From assembly GCF_002075285.3 (NCBI RefSeq), contig NZ_CP021983.2, positions 150,001-182,000 on the forward strand: 32,000 nucleotides of DNA, read 5' to 3'. The DNA comes from Halomicronema hongdechloris C2206. GTDB lineage: Bacteria; Cyanobacteriota; Cyanobacteriia; Phormidesmidales; Phormidesmidaceae. Positions 1-9,511 of the stretch are shown here, one piece after another. Each line of letters starts with the position of its first letter. Positions within the stretch are counted from its first letter, which is position 1. The translations under genes were made by a program, and so were the position numbers. The notes below the pieces were generated by a model that made no database searches, was not told where the DNA came from, and saw only the letters and a list, made by a program, of their open reading frames with translations.

Positions 1-721
1 GCCGCCGCCGGATAAACGCCTGGGGCGAGAGATCCAATCGCGATAACCAACTTTCCTGATAGGCCAACTCCTCCGGACTCATCTGCAGCTGGCCGCCACC
101 ACTGCGGGCACGAATCCGCACATTGCCCCGGGTCCCCCCACCGGAGTGGCAACTATCCAACACCACCGTCACCTGATCTGTGGCCAGGGCCGCTATCAAC
201 AAAAACAACGTATGGCCGGTGATATCTTGAACCACGCCGCCGGATTCTGGAAACCCCTGCGGCAGGGGGCTATCCACCGGCACTAGAGTGCTATTGAGGC
301 CATCGGGATGGTCCTGATCGGGGTCCAACACCCGGGAACCATGGCCCGAGTAATGAAACACCACCACATCCCCTGGCCGAGCCTGCTGAATCAAATGCTC
401 TTCAAAGGCCGTGAGGATGCCGGTACGGGTGGCCTGCTGATCGGTGACTGTGACAATGTCCTCAGGCTTGAACCCAAAGCGATGCACTAATAGGTGGTAT
501 TGCAACTCCACATCGGTCAGGCATCCCAATAGGGGGGGAATCAACCCATCCTCAGGGTACTCATTGATTCCCACCAATAACGCCAGCTTGCGGGGCGTCT
601 GCTGGGCCAACACCCGACCATGGCGCTGCGCCTGATACACCAGCTGGGCCTGGCTTAGCCCTAGCGCTGCCGCCATTCCCCCCATGAGTTGTAGGAAGTG
701 CCGCCGCCTTAAATCAGCCAT
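1..721 (-). CDS. Caspase-family (peptidase C14, orthocaspase-like) protease with twin-arginine-type signal; N-terminal ~240 codons, 3' end runs off the window
   Basis: Own reverse-strand translation; the ORF is absent from the track because it is open at nt 1. ATG at 721-719 gives MADLRRRHFLQLMGGMAAALGLSQA... Further on, ...PGDVVVFHYSGHGSRV... and ...QVTVVLDSCHSGGGTRG... are the His and Cys catalytic-dyad motifs of C14 peptidases. No stop down to nt 1. Confidence 0.8.
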   Translation of the reverse strand, partial: MADLRRRHFLQLMGGMAAALGLSQAQLVYQAQRHGRVLAQQTPRKLALLVGINEYPEDGLIPPLLGCLTDVELQYHLLVHRFGFKPEDIVTVTDQQATRTGILTAFEEHLIQQARPGDVVVFHYSGHGSRVLDPDQDHPDGLNSTLVPVDSPLPQGFPESGGVVQDITGHTLFLLIAALATDQVTVVLDSCHSGGGTRGNVRIRARSGGGQLQMSPEELAYQESWLSRLDLSPQAFIRRR

Positions 722-930
722 GGGAGCACACAAAACCGCTGTAGACCATGCTTAGAGGATATTTGGAAGGTTCCCTGCAACCTTGCTTCAGACTGGCTTC
801 TGGTCAACAAAACCATACACCCTAAAACGCCTACCCTAGAGGCCTTTCAGCTGAGTTTCCAAATGTCCTCTTAAGCCTACAGCGCCTGAGAGCACAGATC
901 CCGATCAAAATCGGGAGTCTTTGAGCCTTC

Positions 931-1656
931 TTATTGATAATTCACAATGCGAGCAAAGCCCTCCGGATCCAAGCTGGCTCCCCCCACTAAAGCCCCGTCA
1001 ATCTCCGGTTGAGCCATGATGTCATCAATGTTGCCGGGCTTCACCGAGCCGCCATACTGAATCGACACATTCGGATCGCTCAATTGTTGCCGAATCAAGC
1101 CAATGACTCGGTTTGCCTCCTTAGCTTCACAGGTGTCCCCAGTACCGATGGCCCAAATCGGTTCATAGGCCACCACCAAATTGCTCTGGTCAATATCCAC
1201 CAAATCCCGAGACAGCTGCTGGCGAATCACCGCTTCCGTCTCTCCAGCATCCCGCTGCTGCTTCGTTTCTCCCACACAGAGGATCGGTTTCAGCCCATGG
1301 CGTTGGGCTGCCTGGAGTCGCTGGTTTACGGTTTCGTCAGTCTCACCAAAGTACTGCCGTCGCTCGCTATGGCCCACGATGACATAGCGAACGCCCAACT
1401 CCACCAGCATATCTCCGGAAATTTCGCCAGTGAAGGCTCCCGAGTCTTCCCAGTGGATATTCTGGGCTCCCACCTTAATCAAGCCCCCATGGAGGTGTTT
1501 AGAGAGGGCGCTGAGGGCGGTAAACGGGGCACAGAGAACCACCTCTCGCTCATCTGGAGCGGTCTCCATCTGCCCCATAAATCCCTTCAAGAACTCCAGG
1601 GCCTCCGCCTGGGTCTTGTTCATTTTCCAATTACCGGCAATAACGATTGTGCGCAC
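931..1656 (-). CDS. tpiA: Triosephosphate isomerase
   Basis: 241 aa with canonical TIM motifs: [39 protein letters not shown] start at 1656. Confidence 0.95.
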   Translation of the reverse strand: MRTIVIAGNWKMNKTQAEALEFLKGFMGQMETAPDEREVVLCAPFTALSALSKHLHGGLIKVGAQNIHWEDSGAFTGEISGDMLVELGVRYVIVGHSERRQYFGETDETVNQRLQAAQRHGLKPILCVGETKQQRDAGETEAVIRQQLSRDLVDIDQSNLVVAYEPIWAIGTGDTCEAKEANRVIGLIRQQLSDPNVSIQYGGSVKPGNIDDIMAQPEIDGALVGGASLDPEGFARIVNYQ

Positions 1657-1768
1657 AGGCCGTTCGATCCATCGATTGCATCATTGCATCGTACCGAGAA
1701 AGGGAGTCTGAATCAAATGGGAGGGCATAAGCGATCCATTTCCATAATGAGAATTACTGGCCTCCTAG

Positions 1769-1915
1769 CGGGGCAAAGGTGAGCGAACGCACCATAAAGG
1801 TGAGTGGATGCACCCAAAAGGTGGATGAGAGCAGCAAAAAGGTGCTCGGGTCCACCCTAAGGGTGAGCGGGAGTACCAAAAAGGTGCTCGGATCCACCAG
1901 AAAGGTGCGCTTAAA
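1769..1915. repeat. Seven tandem 21-nt units, each carrying a small palindrome CACC-N5-GGTG (consensus about CACCNWAAAGGTGMKCGGRKN)
   Basis: The core AAAGGTG (once TAAGGGTG) starts at 1775, 1796, 1817, 1838, 1859, 1880 and 1901, which is an exact 21-nt period. The array lies 115-260 nt upstream of the tpiA start, in the divergent intergenic region. Confidence 0.85.
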
Positions 1916-2137
1916 ACATGGATAGGACCGGTCTAGCCCCTCTGAGACGGCTTAGCCAATGACCCTCGCACGTCTCATCCCAGGCAATCCTACGAGGTTA
2001 GATAGAATTTCGACAAGGCTAGAGCCCTGGAAAGCACTAGCAATACACTGACAACACTACCCCAGACATCTGCCCAGTTGTCAGCCATTGCTCTCAGTTC
2101 ACCTCAGCATGGGTAAGCGGCCAAGGAGACCCTCTCT

Positions 2138-2290
2138 ATGGCATCCATCACCCACCCCCAGGTGCATGTGTGGACTCGTCACGAGTACTATCGCATGGCA
2201 GAGCTCGGTTTCTTCGAAGGGCGACGGGTCGAGTTAATCGAGGCCAGGTGATTGATATGGCAGCAATGAAAAGCCCCCATGCGTTGCCAT
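2138..2290 (+). pseudogene. Uma2-family (DUF820) endonuclease remnant, N-terminal part only, frameshifted
   Basis: ATG 2138 gives MASITHPQVHVWTRHEYYRMAELGFFEGRRVELIEAR*. The next frame continues (Q)VIDMAAMKSPHA, and together these match the Uma2 N-terminal pattern Y..M.E.G.F....RVELIEGE...M.P.G..HA. One G appears to be missing at 2243-2245. Too little room remains before rimK for a full ~190-aa gene. Confidence 0.5.
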
Positions 2291-2387
2291 CGACCTGGTC
2301 GATTCTGGCGGACTTTTTGCAGGGGCTGCTACTCCTCCAGAGCTCCAGGCAGTGGCTGCATGAGTCAGGTCTCTGTCTACCAACGCC

Positions 2388-3317
2388 TCAGTATTTAATC
2401 CGATCCTGGCTGCCCTCGGCATTGGCGCCTCTGGGGCTTTTCTCCTGGGCGCTCTTCTCCACGAAGGCCATGATCTTGCCGGCTACGTCCACTCCGGTGG
2501 CCTGTTCAATGCCCTCCAGTCCCGGTGACGAGTTTACCTCCATCACCACCGGCCCATGGTTGGAGCGTAACAGATCCACCCCGGCAACACGCAGGCCCAT
2601 GGCCTTGGCGGCGCGGATGGCGGTGCTGCGTTCCTCCGGAGTCAGGCGCAGCTTCTCGGCGGTGCCACCGCGGTGCAGATTCGAGCGAAACTCCCCCGGG
2701 GCTCCCTGGCGCTTCATAGAGGCCACCACCTTCTCACCAACGACAAAGCAGCGAATATCCATGCCCTTGGCTTCTTTGATGTATTCCTGCACCAAGATGT
2801 TGGCATCTAGCCCCCGGAAGGCTTCGATCACTGACTTGGCCGCCTGATCAGTCTCGGCCAGGACCACACCAATGCCCTGGGTGCCCTCCAGCAGCTTGAT
2901 CACCAGCGGCGTGCCACCCACGAGTTCAATCAGGCCGTCAATGTCCTTAGTAGAGTGGGCAAACCCGGTTACCGGCAGGCCAATGCCACGGCGGGAGAGA
3001 ATCTGTAAACAGCGCAGCTTATCCCGGGAGCGGGAAATCGCCTGGGAGGTATTGGCCGTAAACACTCCCATGATTTCAAACTGGCGCACCACCGCGGTGC
3101 CATAGAAAGTGGAGGAGGCACCGATGCGAGGAATGACGGCATCAATATCGACTAAAGGTTTCCCTTGATACAAGACCTTAGGGCTGTGGGCAGTAATGTC
3201 CATGTAACAGCGCAGATGATCGATGACGAAGACATCATGACCACGCTCTACCCCCGTTTCCTTCAGGCGCTTGGTGGAATATAACGACCCGTCCCGAGAC
3301 AAAATGGCGATTTTCAT
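2388..3317 (-). CDS. rimK: Ribosomal protein S6 L-glutamate ligase family ATP-grasp enzyme (RimK)
   Basis: 309 aa. [18 protein letters not shown]..., ...[19 protein letters not shown]..., ...[28 protein letters not shown]... is the typical RimK ATP-grasp pattern. Confidence 0.9.
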   Translation of the reverse strand: MKIAILSRDGSLYSTKRLKETGVERGHDVFVIDHLRCYMDITAHSPKVLYQGKPLVDIDAVIPRIGASSTFYGTAVVRQFEIMGVFTANTSQAISRSRDKLRCLQILSRRGIGLPVTGFAHSTKDIDGLIELVGGTPLVIKLLEGTQGIGVVLAETDQAAKSVIEAFRGLDANILVQEYIKEAKGMDIRCFVVGEKVVASMKRQGAPGEFRSNLHRGGTAEKLRLTPEERSTAIRAAKAMGLRVAGVDLLRSNHGPVVMEVNSSPGLEGIEQATGVDVAGKIMAFVEKSAQEKSPRGANAEGSQDRIKY

Positions 3318-3338
3318 TCCTACCTATATCCGTGGTGT

Positions 3339-3821
3339 CTACTTGGGCATCGGACCAGCATGGGGACTGTGCAGAAAAGAGCGGCCTGGATCGACTAAAA
3401 ACCGCTGCCGCATGGCCTGGCGCCCCAGCAACATGCGGAACCCCATGACATCGCGATTGGTTAACGTCAACTCAATCGACCACCGCCACTCCCCTAACTC
3501 CACCAGAGTATGGATGACCGGGCGCAGCTGCTCATGGCCCACTGAGCTACGCACGGTGCGTTGATCCACCAGATCGGCCTCCGCCGTAATTACCTCTGTC
3601 GTGCTCCGCTGCAGGGGATGAATCTTAAAACGGACCCGAACGATCCCTTGGCGCTCAATCTGTTCCACGTCAAAGGCATGCAGGGCAGACGAGCGCGCTC
3701 CGGTGTCGATCTTGGCCTTCAGGCCTGGCACCCCTAACTCGGGTAGAGATAACCACTCCCGCCAACCGATGGTGGGCAACGGGGATTTCGAGGACGAGCT
3801 GGGCGCTGAATGGCGGCTCAA
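3339..3821 (-). CDS. RimK-associated retropepsin-like protease family protein (COG4067/DUF785 type, often annotated ATP-dependent zinc protease)
   Basis: The motif IGWREWLSLPELGVPGLKAKIDTGARSSALHA includes DTGA. The gene ends 21 nt upstream of rimK on the same strand, as in rimB-rimK type operons. The start is a TTG and therefore uncertain. Confidence 0.75.
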   Translation of the reverse strand: MSRHSAPSSSSKSPLPTIGWREWLSLPELGVPGLKAKIDTGARSSALHAFDVEQIERQGIVRVRFKIHPLQRSTTEVITAEADLVDQRTVRSSVGHEQLRPVIHTLVELGEWRWSIELTLTNRDVMGFRMLLGRQAMRQRFLVDPGRSFLHSPHAGPMPK

Positions 3822-4032
3822 AACAACGACGTCAAGGGAGATCTGGCAACGACCTGATCTATCCTACCCCACGGCCTTCCAGGGATTTCGGCCCAGCGCC
3901 ATTCCCTGGTTGAGCCAGCCGTGGTCCATGGCAGCATTGAGTTACAATTTTTAAATCTTCTTGAATTTATGCTTGAGTGTCAGTTCGGCTGACTCGATCA
4001 CCCTCGCTCCTGACCTTGAGTCAGATTTCACC

Positions 4033-5826
4033 ATGTCTCTTCCCATTCGCAATGTCGCCATCATTGCCCACGTTGACCACGGCAAGACCACCCTCGTCGA
4101 TGCCCTGTTAAAGCAGTCGGGCATCTTTCGGGAGGGCGAGGAGGTGCCTGACTGTGTCATGGACTCCAACGACCTGGAGCGGGAACGGGGGATCACGATT
4201 CTCTCTAAGAATACTGCCGTTCACTACAAGGACACCCTGATCAACATCGTCGATACCCCGGGCCACGCCGACTTCGGCGGTGAGGTGGAGCGGGTGTTGG
4301 GCATGGTAGACGGCTGCATTCTGATCGTGGATGCCAACGAAGGCCCCATGCCCCAGACTCGCTTTGTCTTGAAGAAGGCCCTAGAGAAGGGACTGCGCCC
4401 GATTGTGGTGGTGAATAAGATTGACCGGCCCCAGGCCGATCCCTACGGGGCCGTGGACAAGGTGCTGGATTTATTCATCGAGCTAGGGGCCGATGACGAT
4501 CAGTGTGAATTTCCCTATCTCTTTGCCTCGGGGCTATCGGGCTTTGCCAAGGCTGACTTAGAGGATGACAGTCAGGATATGCAACCTCTATTCGAGGCCA
4601 TCCTGGACCATGTCCCCCCCCCCATCGGCGATCCCGAGAAGCCGCTGCAGCTGCAGGTGACCACCCTGGACTACTCCGATTATCTAGGCCGCATTGTCAT
4701 CGGCAAGATCCATAACGGCACGGTGCAGATGGGCCAACAGGCCAGCCTGATTAAGGAAGGGGGCGAGATCATCAGGGCCAAGATTAGTAAGCTCATGGGC
4801 TTCGAAGGGCTGGCTCGCATCGAGATTGATTCAGCCTCTGCCGGTAACATCGTGGCCATCGCCGGCTTTGCCGATGCCAACATCGGCGAAACCATTGCTT
4901 GCCCCGATGAGCCCCTAGCCCTGCCCCTGATCAAAGTCGATGAACCGACGCTGCAGATGACCTTTGCAGTGAATGATTCCCCCTTTGCCGGCCAGGAAGG
5001 GGATTACGTCACCTCCCGGCAGCTACGGGATCGGCTGATGCGCGAGCTGGAGACTAATGTGGCCCTGCGGGTGGAAGAGACCGACTCCCCCGATCGCTTT
5101 GCCGTCTCCGGTCGCGGCGAATTGCACCTGGGCATTTTGATCGAGAATATGCGGCGGGAGGGCTACGAGTTTCAGGTGTCCCAGCCCCAGGTGATCTACC
5201 GAGAGGTGAATGGCCAACCCTGTGAGCCCTATGAGCTGTTGGCCCTAGATGTGCCCGAGGACGGCATGGGCGGCTGCATCGAGCGCCTGGGACAGCGCCG
5301 CGGCGAAATGCAGGATATGCGGGTGATGGGGGATGGTCGGGCCACGCTGGAATTCGTGATTCCGGCTCGGGGGCTGATCGGCTTTCGTGGCGAGTTCATG
5401 CGCCTGACCCGGGGGGATGGCATCATGAACCACAGCTTCTTGGACTATCGCCCCATGTCCGGCGAGGTGGAGACCCGTCGCAATGGGGTGTTGATTGCTT
5501 TCGAAGCGGGCGTCACCACCTTCTACGCCCTTAAGAATGCCGAGGATCGCGGCGTCTTCTTCATTACCCCAGGCACCAAGGTCTATAAGGGCATGATCGT
5601 GGGTGAGCACAATCGTCCTCAAGACCTGGAACTGAATGTCTGTAAGACCAAACAGCTGACGAACCATCGCTCCGCCACTGGCGATGAGTTGGTGCAGCTG
5701 CAGACCCCGGCTGACATGAGTCTGGAGCGGGCCTTGGAATATATTGACTCCGATGAGCTGGTGGAGGTGACTCCGGAGTCGGTGCGGTTGCGGAAGATGC
5801 CCAGTAAGAAGCTGGCGAAGCGGTAG
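4033..5826 (+). CDS. typA: Translational GTPase TypA/BipA
   Basis: [26 protein letters not shown]..., [22 protein letters not shown]. Length and C-terminal region are typical of BipA. I prefer ATG 4033 to the track start 3961, because the N-terminus then matches the family. Confidence 0.95.
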   Translation: MSLPIRNVAIIAHVDHGKTTLVDALLKQSGIFREGEEVPDCVMDSNDLERERGITILSKNTAVHYKDTLINIVDTPGHADFGGEVERVLGMVDGCILIVDANEGPMPQTRFVLKKALEKGLRPIVVVNKIDRPQADPYGAVDKVLDLFIELGADDDQCEFPYLFASGLSGFAKADLEDDSQDMQPLFEAILDHVPPPIGDPEKPLQLQVTTLDYSDYLGRIVIGKIHNGTVQMGQQASLIKEGGEIIRAKISKLMGFEGLARIEIDSASAGNIVAIAGFADANIGETIACPDEPLALPLIKVDEPTLQMTFAVNDSPFAGQEGDYVTSRQLRDRLMRELETNVALRVEETDSPDRFAVSGRGELHLGILIENMRREGYEFQVSQPQVIYREVNGQPCEPYELLALDVPEDGMGGCIERLGQRRGEMQDMRVMGDGRATLEFVIPARGLIGFRGEFMRLTRGDGIMNHSFLDYRPMSGEVETRRNGVLIAFEAGVTTFYALKNAEDRGVFFITPGTKVYKGMIVGEHNRPQDLELNVCKTKQLTNHRSATGDELVQLQTPADMSLERALEYIDSDELVEVTPESVRLRKMPSKKLAKR

Positions 5827-5831
5827 ACCGG

Positions 5832-7013
5832 CTACCGAGGGTACCAGATGGCTTCGATCTGCTGAATTATCTCCCTGGGGTCGGCCTCGGCCTCAAGGCA
5901 GACGGTGATGTGGCCCAGCTTGCGGCCGGGACGGGATTCGGCCTTGCCATACCAATAAACATGGGCATGGGGGATGGCCGCCAGCTGCTGCCGCTGGGGC
6001 TGGTAATCGTGGCTGCCGTGCTCAAACCCGAGCAGATTCACCATCACCGCCTGGGCACAGGTGAGGGTGGTGGGGCCTAGGGTGCGATCGCAAATGGCCC
6101 GCAGCTGTTGCTCAAACTGGGAAGTGACACAGGCATCCAGGGTGTAGTGGCCGGAATTATGGGGGCGGGGAGCCATCTCATTGATCAGCACCCGGTTGTC
6201 GGGGGTGAGGAAGAACTCTAGCCCCAGAATGCCGACGGCTTGTAGGCGCTCGACCAGGGTACGGGCTATGTGCTCGACCTGCTGGTGTACCTCTGGAGCC
6301 ACGGCCGCTGGCGCCATCACCCGGCGACAGACCTGGTCGACCTGCTGAGTTTCTACGGTGGGGTAGACAGCAATCTCGCCCGAGACCGAACGGGCCACCA
6401 TCACCGCCAGTTCCTTAGTGAAGGGAATAAAGGCTTCCAGTAGCACCGGCGCATAGCCAGTCTGGGCCCAGGCCGCCTGTAGGTCGTCTAGGGTCTTGAG
6501 GATGAAGGTGCCATAGCCGTCGTAGCCCAAGCGTCGGGTCTTCATTACCAAGGGAAACCCAATGGTGTCGGCCTGCTCGGCTAATCCTGACAGATCGGCT
6601 GGCGAGGTAAGGGGGACATAGGGGGGATTGGGCAGGCCAATGTGCTGGTAGTACTGGCGCTGGTCATACTTGTCGAGCACAGGAGCCAACACCGACAGCT
6701 GCGGATAGAAGATTACCCCCTCTGCCGCTAGGGCTTTCAGGGCGGCCAAGTCGATAAATTCATTCTCGAAGGTGACCACATCGCATTGGGCAGCCAAGGC
6801 GCGAGTGCCCTGGGCATCGGCCACGGGGACAAGGATGGTGTCGGCAGCGATGGCCACGGCCGGATCCTGCTGACTGCCGGTCTGCACCACCAACTCTAAC
6901 CCTAATGTCTCGGCCGCTGGCCCCATCATCCAGGCCAGCTGCCCGCCACCAATCACACCAATGCGCCGGGGTTGCGTCGGTCCCGAGGGACCGGTCTGAG
7001 GCCATTGCACCAT
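5832..7013 (-). CDS. purK: 5-(carboxyamino)imidazole ribonucleotide synthase (N5-CAIR synthase)
   Basis: 393 aa. RIGVIGGGQLAWMM, ATP-grasp core, ...NEMAPRPHNSGHYT..., ...GRKLGHITV... are PurK signatures. Confidence 0.9.
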   Translation of the reverse strand: MVQWPQTGPSGPTQPRRIGVIGGGQLAWMMGPAAETLGLELVVQTGSQQDPAVAIAADTILVPVADAQGTRALAAQCDVVTFENEFIDLAALKALAAEGVIFYPQLSVLAPVLDKYDQRQYYQHIGLPNPPYVPLTSPADLSGLAEQADTIGFPLVMKTRRLGYDGYGTFILKTLDDLQAAWAQTGYAPVLLEAFIPFTKELAVMVARSVSGEIAVYPTVETQQVDQVCRRVMAPAAVAPEVHQQVEHIARTLVERLQAVGILGLEFFLTPDNRVLINEMAPRPHNSGHYTLDACVTSQFEQQLRAICDRTLGPTTLTCAQAVMVNLLGFEHGSHDYQPQRQQLAAIPHAHVYWYGKAESRPGRKLGHITVCLEAEADPREIIQQIEAIWYPR

Positions 7014-7196
7014 CTGCCCTCCTCCAGAACAGCCAGATCCAACATACCCCTTGACCCCCTCCAGGCGGCAGCGGTGAGCGTTGACCCAGACATATAGCGT
7101 GGGCCAGTCAGCTTAGGACATGACTGATCGCCCAATGGCCCAATCTAGGGAGATTGACTGGCTCGCCACCGCACAAAACATTGTGGCAGTGGCTAT

Positions 7197-7225
7197 AAAA
7201 AAGCCTGGCTCGCGGTTGCCAGGCT
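7197..7225 (-). terminator. Rho-independent terminator (reverse strand)
   Basis: On the reverse strand the sequence reads AGCCTGGC-aaccgcga-GCCAGGCT followed by TTTTTT. This is an 8-bp GC-rich stem (7202-7209 / 7218-7225), an 8-nt loop and a U-run (plus-strand A-run 7197-7202). It lies ~250 nt downstream of the dehydratase stop. Confidence 0.7.
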
Positions 7226-7474
7226 AAACGGGGTATAAGCAGATTGAACGGCTGAATTTAACGGGTTGATTGAACGGGTTGATTTATCAGTTGTCAGTAG
7301 TATCCCTCAGTCTGCGGGAAACCGCATCGATTCCCAAACTATCTTTGGATGTCGTTAAGGTTCCTTGACATTTGGGCCTACCGTTTCAAGCATAGGCAGG
7401 GCCTCAGGAAAATTCCGTTACGGAAATTACGATCCGTGACGAATTCTACGCATCAAGCCCTGCGAGAACTGGAA

Positions 7475-7828
7475 TCACTGGGTCAGCACCGCCTGGGCAA
7501 TCTCATCGGTCTTCGCCGCCATGATAAAGTCATTGCGATGGAGCCCACCGATGGCATGGGTCCACCAGGTCACAGTTAGCCGTCCCCACTCAGTCAGCAA
7601 GGCTGGATGATGGCCCTCGGCCTCGGCCGCTTCTCCCACCTGCACAGTTAGGGCCAGGGCCTGCTGGAAGTTTTTGCAGCGATACACTCGCTGTAGCTGG
7701 GGCGTCCCCTCGACATCAATGATTTGCCAATCTGGAATTGAGGGCATCAGCTCTGCCTTTTCCGCCTCTGTCACCGGCGGCGAGTCTCCCCGGCAAGGGA
7801 CACAGGACTGTTGCGATAGAGTAGCCAT
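7475..7828 (-). CDS. 4a-hydroxytetrahydrobiopterin (pterin-4-alpha-carbinolamine) dehydratase
   Basis: ...[53 protein letters not shown]... is the PCD/DCoH signature. ATG 7828 (MATLSQQ) is a more plausible start than the track start 7882. Confidence 0.85.
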   Translation of the reverse strand: MATLSQQSCVPCRGDSPPVTEAEKAELMPSIPDWQIIDVEGTPQLQRVYRCKNFQQALALTVQVGEAAEAEGHHPALLTEWGRLTVTWWTHAIGGLHRNDFIMAAKTDEIAQAVLTQ

Positions 7829-7881
7829 GATGTGATCCCCAAGCTCATTTGTCTTCAGGGTAGCAAAGCAGACAATGGCCA

Positions 7882-8706
7882 ATGGCTAGATCATTACTGA
7901 CAACCCTGATTATCGGAGACCTCAGCTGGACCAGACTGATGCGATCGCTGCTGCTCATCTATATCCTATTTGCCCTGTATGTCTTCTTCCGAGCCGACAG
8001 CATGCTGTTCCTGCCGCCACCGGCCAGCTACCAAGATACCGACGACATCCTCAAAGTCCCAGTCACCGACACAGAGCGCATCTCCGCCATCTACCTACCC
8101 AACCTCCAGGCTCGCTATACCCTGCTCTACAGCCACGGCAATGCCGAAGATCTAGGCGTCATTCGGCCGCAATTGCAGCGGTTCCATAGCTGGGGCTTCA
8201 GTGTGTTGGCCTACGATTACCGCGGCTATGGCACCAGCGATGGCCGTCCCAGCGAACGTCATGCTTATGCCGATGCCGATGCCGCCTACACTTACCTGAG
8301 CCAACAGCTCCAGGTGCCAGCGGAGCGGATCATCGCCTACGGTCGCTCCGTAGGCGGCGGCACTGCCACGGAATTAGCCACACGCCATCGGATTGCTGGT
8401 CTAATTCTAGAGAGCACCTTCACCTCCGTATTTCGGGTGGTGGTGCCGTTTCCGCTACTGCCCTTCGATAAATTTGCCAACCGCCGTAAGATACGCCAGG
8501 TCCAGTGCCCGGTGCTGATCATGCATGGAGAGGCAGACCGCACCATTTCCATCGAACACGGTCACCAACTCTATGCCGCCGCCCCGGAGCCGAAACAGGC
8601 CCTCTGGGTAGCCGGGGCCGACCACAATGACTTTACCTGGGTCGCCGCCGATCGCCACCGGCAAGCGCTGATATCTTTTCGAGACCTGGTGGCTAACTCG
8701 CCATAA
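7882..8706 (+). CDS. Alpha/beta-fold serine hydrolase (ABHD/BAAT-like), N-terminal membrane anchor
   Basis: HGNAEDLG, nucleophile elbow GRSVGGG (GxSxG), ...[11 protein letters not shown]... and ...GADHND. The N-terminus [14 protein letters not shown] is hydrophobic. Confidence 0.8.
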   Translation: MARSLLTTLIIGDLSWTRLMRSLLLIYILFALYVFFRADSMLFLPPPASYQDTDDILKVPVTDTERISAIYLPNLQARYTLLYSHGNAEDLGVIRPQLQRFHSWGFSVLAYDYRGYGTSDGRPSERHAYADADAAYTYLSQQLQVPAERIIAYGRSVGGGTATELATRHRIAGLILESTFTSVFRVVVPFPLLPFDKFANRRKIRQVQCPVLIMHGEADRTISIEHGHQLYAAAPEPKQALWVAGADHNDFTWVAADRHRQALISFRDLVANSP

Positions 8707-8869
8707 CCCTCTTCTGTAAACGATATCGTCAGCGAAGTAGGTAGCGTGGGCAAAACCAGAATGGATAACCCTCGCTGGTGCCTGTAAGCTTTGTTTACCC
8801 ACCAATTTTTTCAGCGGTGGGCATTATAGTTTGAGTGTAGGTTAGCAAAGATTTTGAACAAGATAATGC

Positions 8870-8971
8870 TCACTCTACGAGCTCTGCCAAAGGCAGTTTA
8901 AGCTGAGATGCTTCAGTGGACAGTTCGGGCTCTAGCTCTGAAGGTAGCTCTAAGGTGATGTTCATAGCCAT
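8870..8971 (-). pseudogene. 33-codon fragment resembling the N-terminus of a cyanobacterial small antitoxin-like protein
   Basis: Own translation MAMNITLELPSELEPELSTEASQLKLPLAELVE*. Full-length relatives, as I recall them, continue for another ~40-60 aa. Confidence 0.3.
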
Positions 8972-9240
8972 GCTCTTCTTGAGTAAATCCACCCTACTAT
9001 CCGAATTTTATGAGTGAGTGGCTACTGAGAGAGGTTGCCTGTCGCCTAACGTGTAGCTTGAGGGGCGCAGAAATAGGCAACGGAGCTAGCAGTTGGAGCG
9101 TCCTTCTCCAAGCAGTTTTTAGATATGCACACGATTAGAAACCTCAATCAGGTTCGCCAAGCGGCTCAACATCCGATGACCCTGATCCAAGTTCAACGAC
9201 TCGAAATGCGAGATAGGAGTTCTTCGCGGGTCATGATGGG

Positions 9241-9417
9241 GAGTACCGATCGCTTAAATGTATTGTGGCACTTGCCGGTTTAAGACCGACTAGGGACCGT
9301 GAATTCTCCGTCAGCCCAGTGTTGATGAGCTCTATTCATCGCGAGTTTAATACCGCGATCGCTCTACCAAGTTCCAGCATAAAGGTAGTGCCGTAAGCGA
9401 TCGCCCTCAACCTCCAT
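9241..9417 (-). pseudogene. HicA-like toxin remnant with in-frame stops
   Basis: Reverse-strand reading MEVEGDRLRHYLYAGTW*SDRGIKLAMNRAHQHWADGEFTVPSRS*TGKCHNTFKRSVL follows the HicA pattern L..LL...GW...GSH.H..H..G..TVP.H...L..GT...I.KQAGL. Two in-frame stops interrupt it. Confidence 0.35.
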
Positions 9418-9511
9418 CCCGTTGGCGCTAGCCTGTCTGTAGGGCGATCGCGACGGGGCGACAAGAAGGTTGGGCTAGTATGAGGATTATTGGTTGTCCT
9501 AATACTTAACC

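Noticed and set aside
1009-1782. 257-aa ORF on the + strand (plus nested ORFs at 1181-1387 and 1430-1711)
   Set aside because: It is entirely antisense to tpiA, whose product carries unmistakable TIM motifs. The translation is Arg/Ser/Leu/Pro-rich with no recognisable motif, which is a typical shadow ORF in high-GC DNA.
1769-1915. Possible CRISPR array
   Set aside because: The units are 21 nt, contiguous, degenerate and have no spacers. No cas genes are in the window. I kept it as a tandem repeat.
2170-2847. 225-aa ORF on the + strand
   Set aside because: It is antisense to rimK from 2388 onward, and only its first ~40 codons coincide with the Uma2 remnant frame. The same reasoning applies to the other antisense ORFs in the track: 4680-5667 inside typA, 6760-7135 around purK, 8337-8805, 16495-16985, 17647-18324, 19345-20488, 21058-21843, 23283-23673, 24829-26047 and 30041-31094.
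7014-7474. 6S RNA (ssrS/ssaA) gene, prompted by my recollection of purK linkage in cyanobacteria and by a GGGTTGATTGAACGGGTT motif vaguely like the E. coli 6S GGGUUCAAGGGUU segment
   Set aside because: I could not pair the ends into the long rod with a central bubble on either strand; only local hairpins appear. It is left as an uncalled candidate to test with Rfam.
8798-8821. Hairpin CCCACC-aattttttcagc-GGTGGG as terminator of the hydrolase gene
   Set aside because: It has only a 6-bp stem with a 12-nt loop, and the T-run is inside the loop instead of after the stem. This is not a canonical intrinsic terminator. The TCCCGA-tcaaaa-TCGGGA hairpin at 899-916 downstream of tpiA likewise lacks a U-run.
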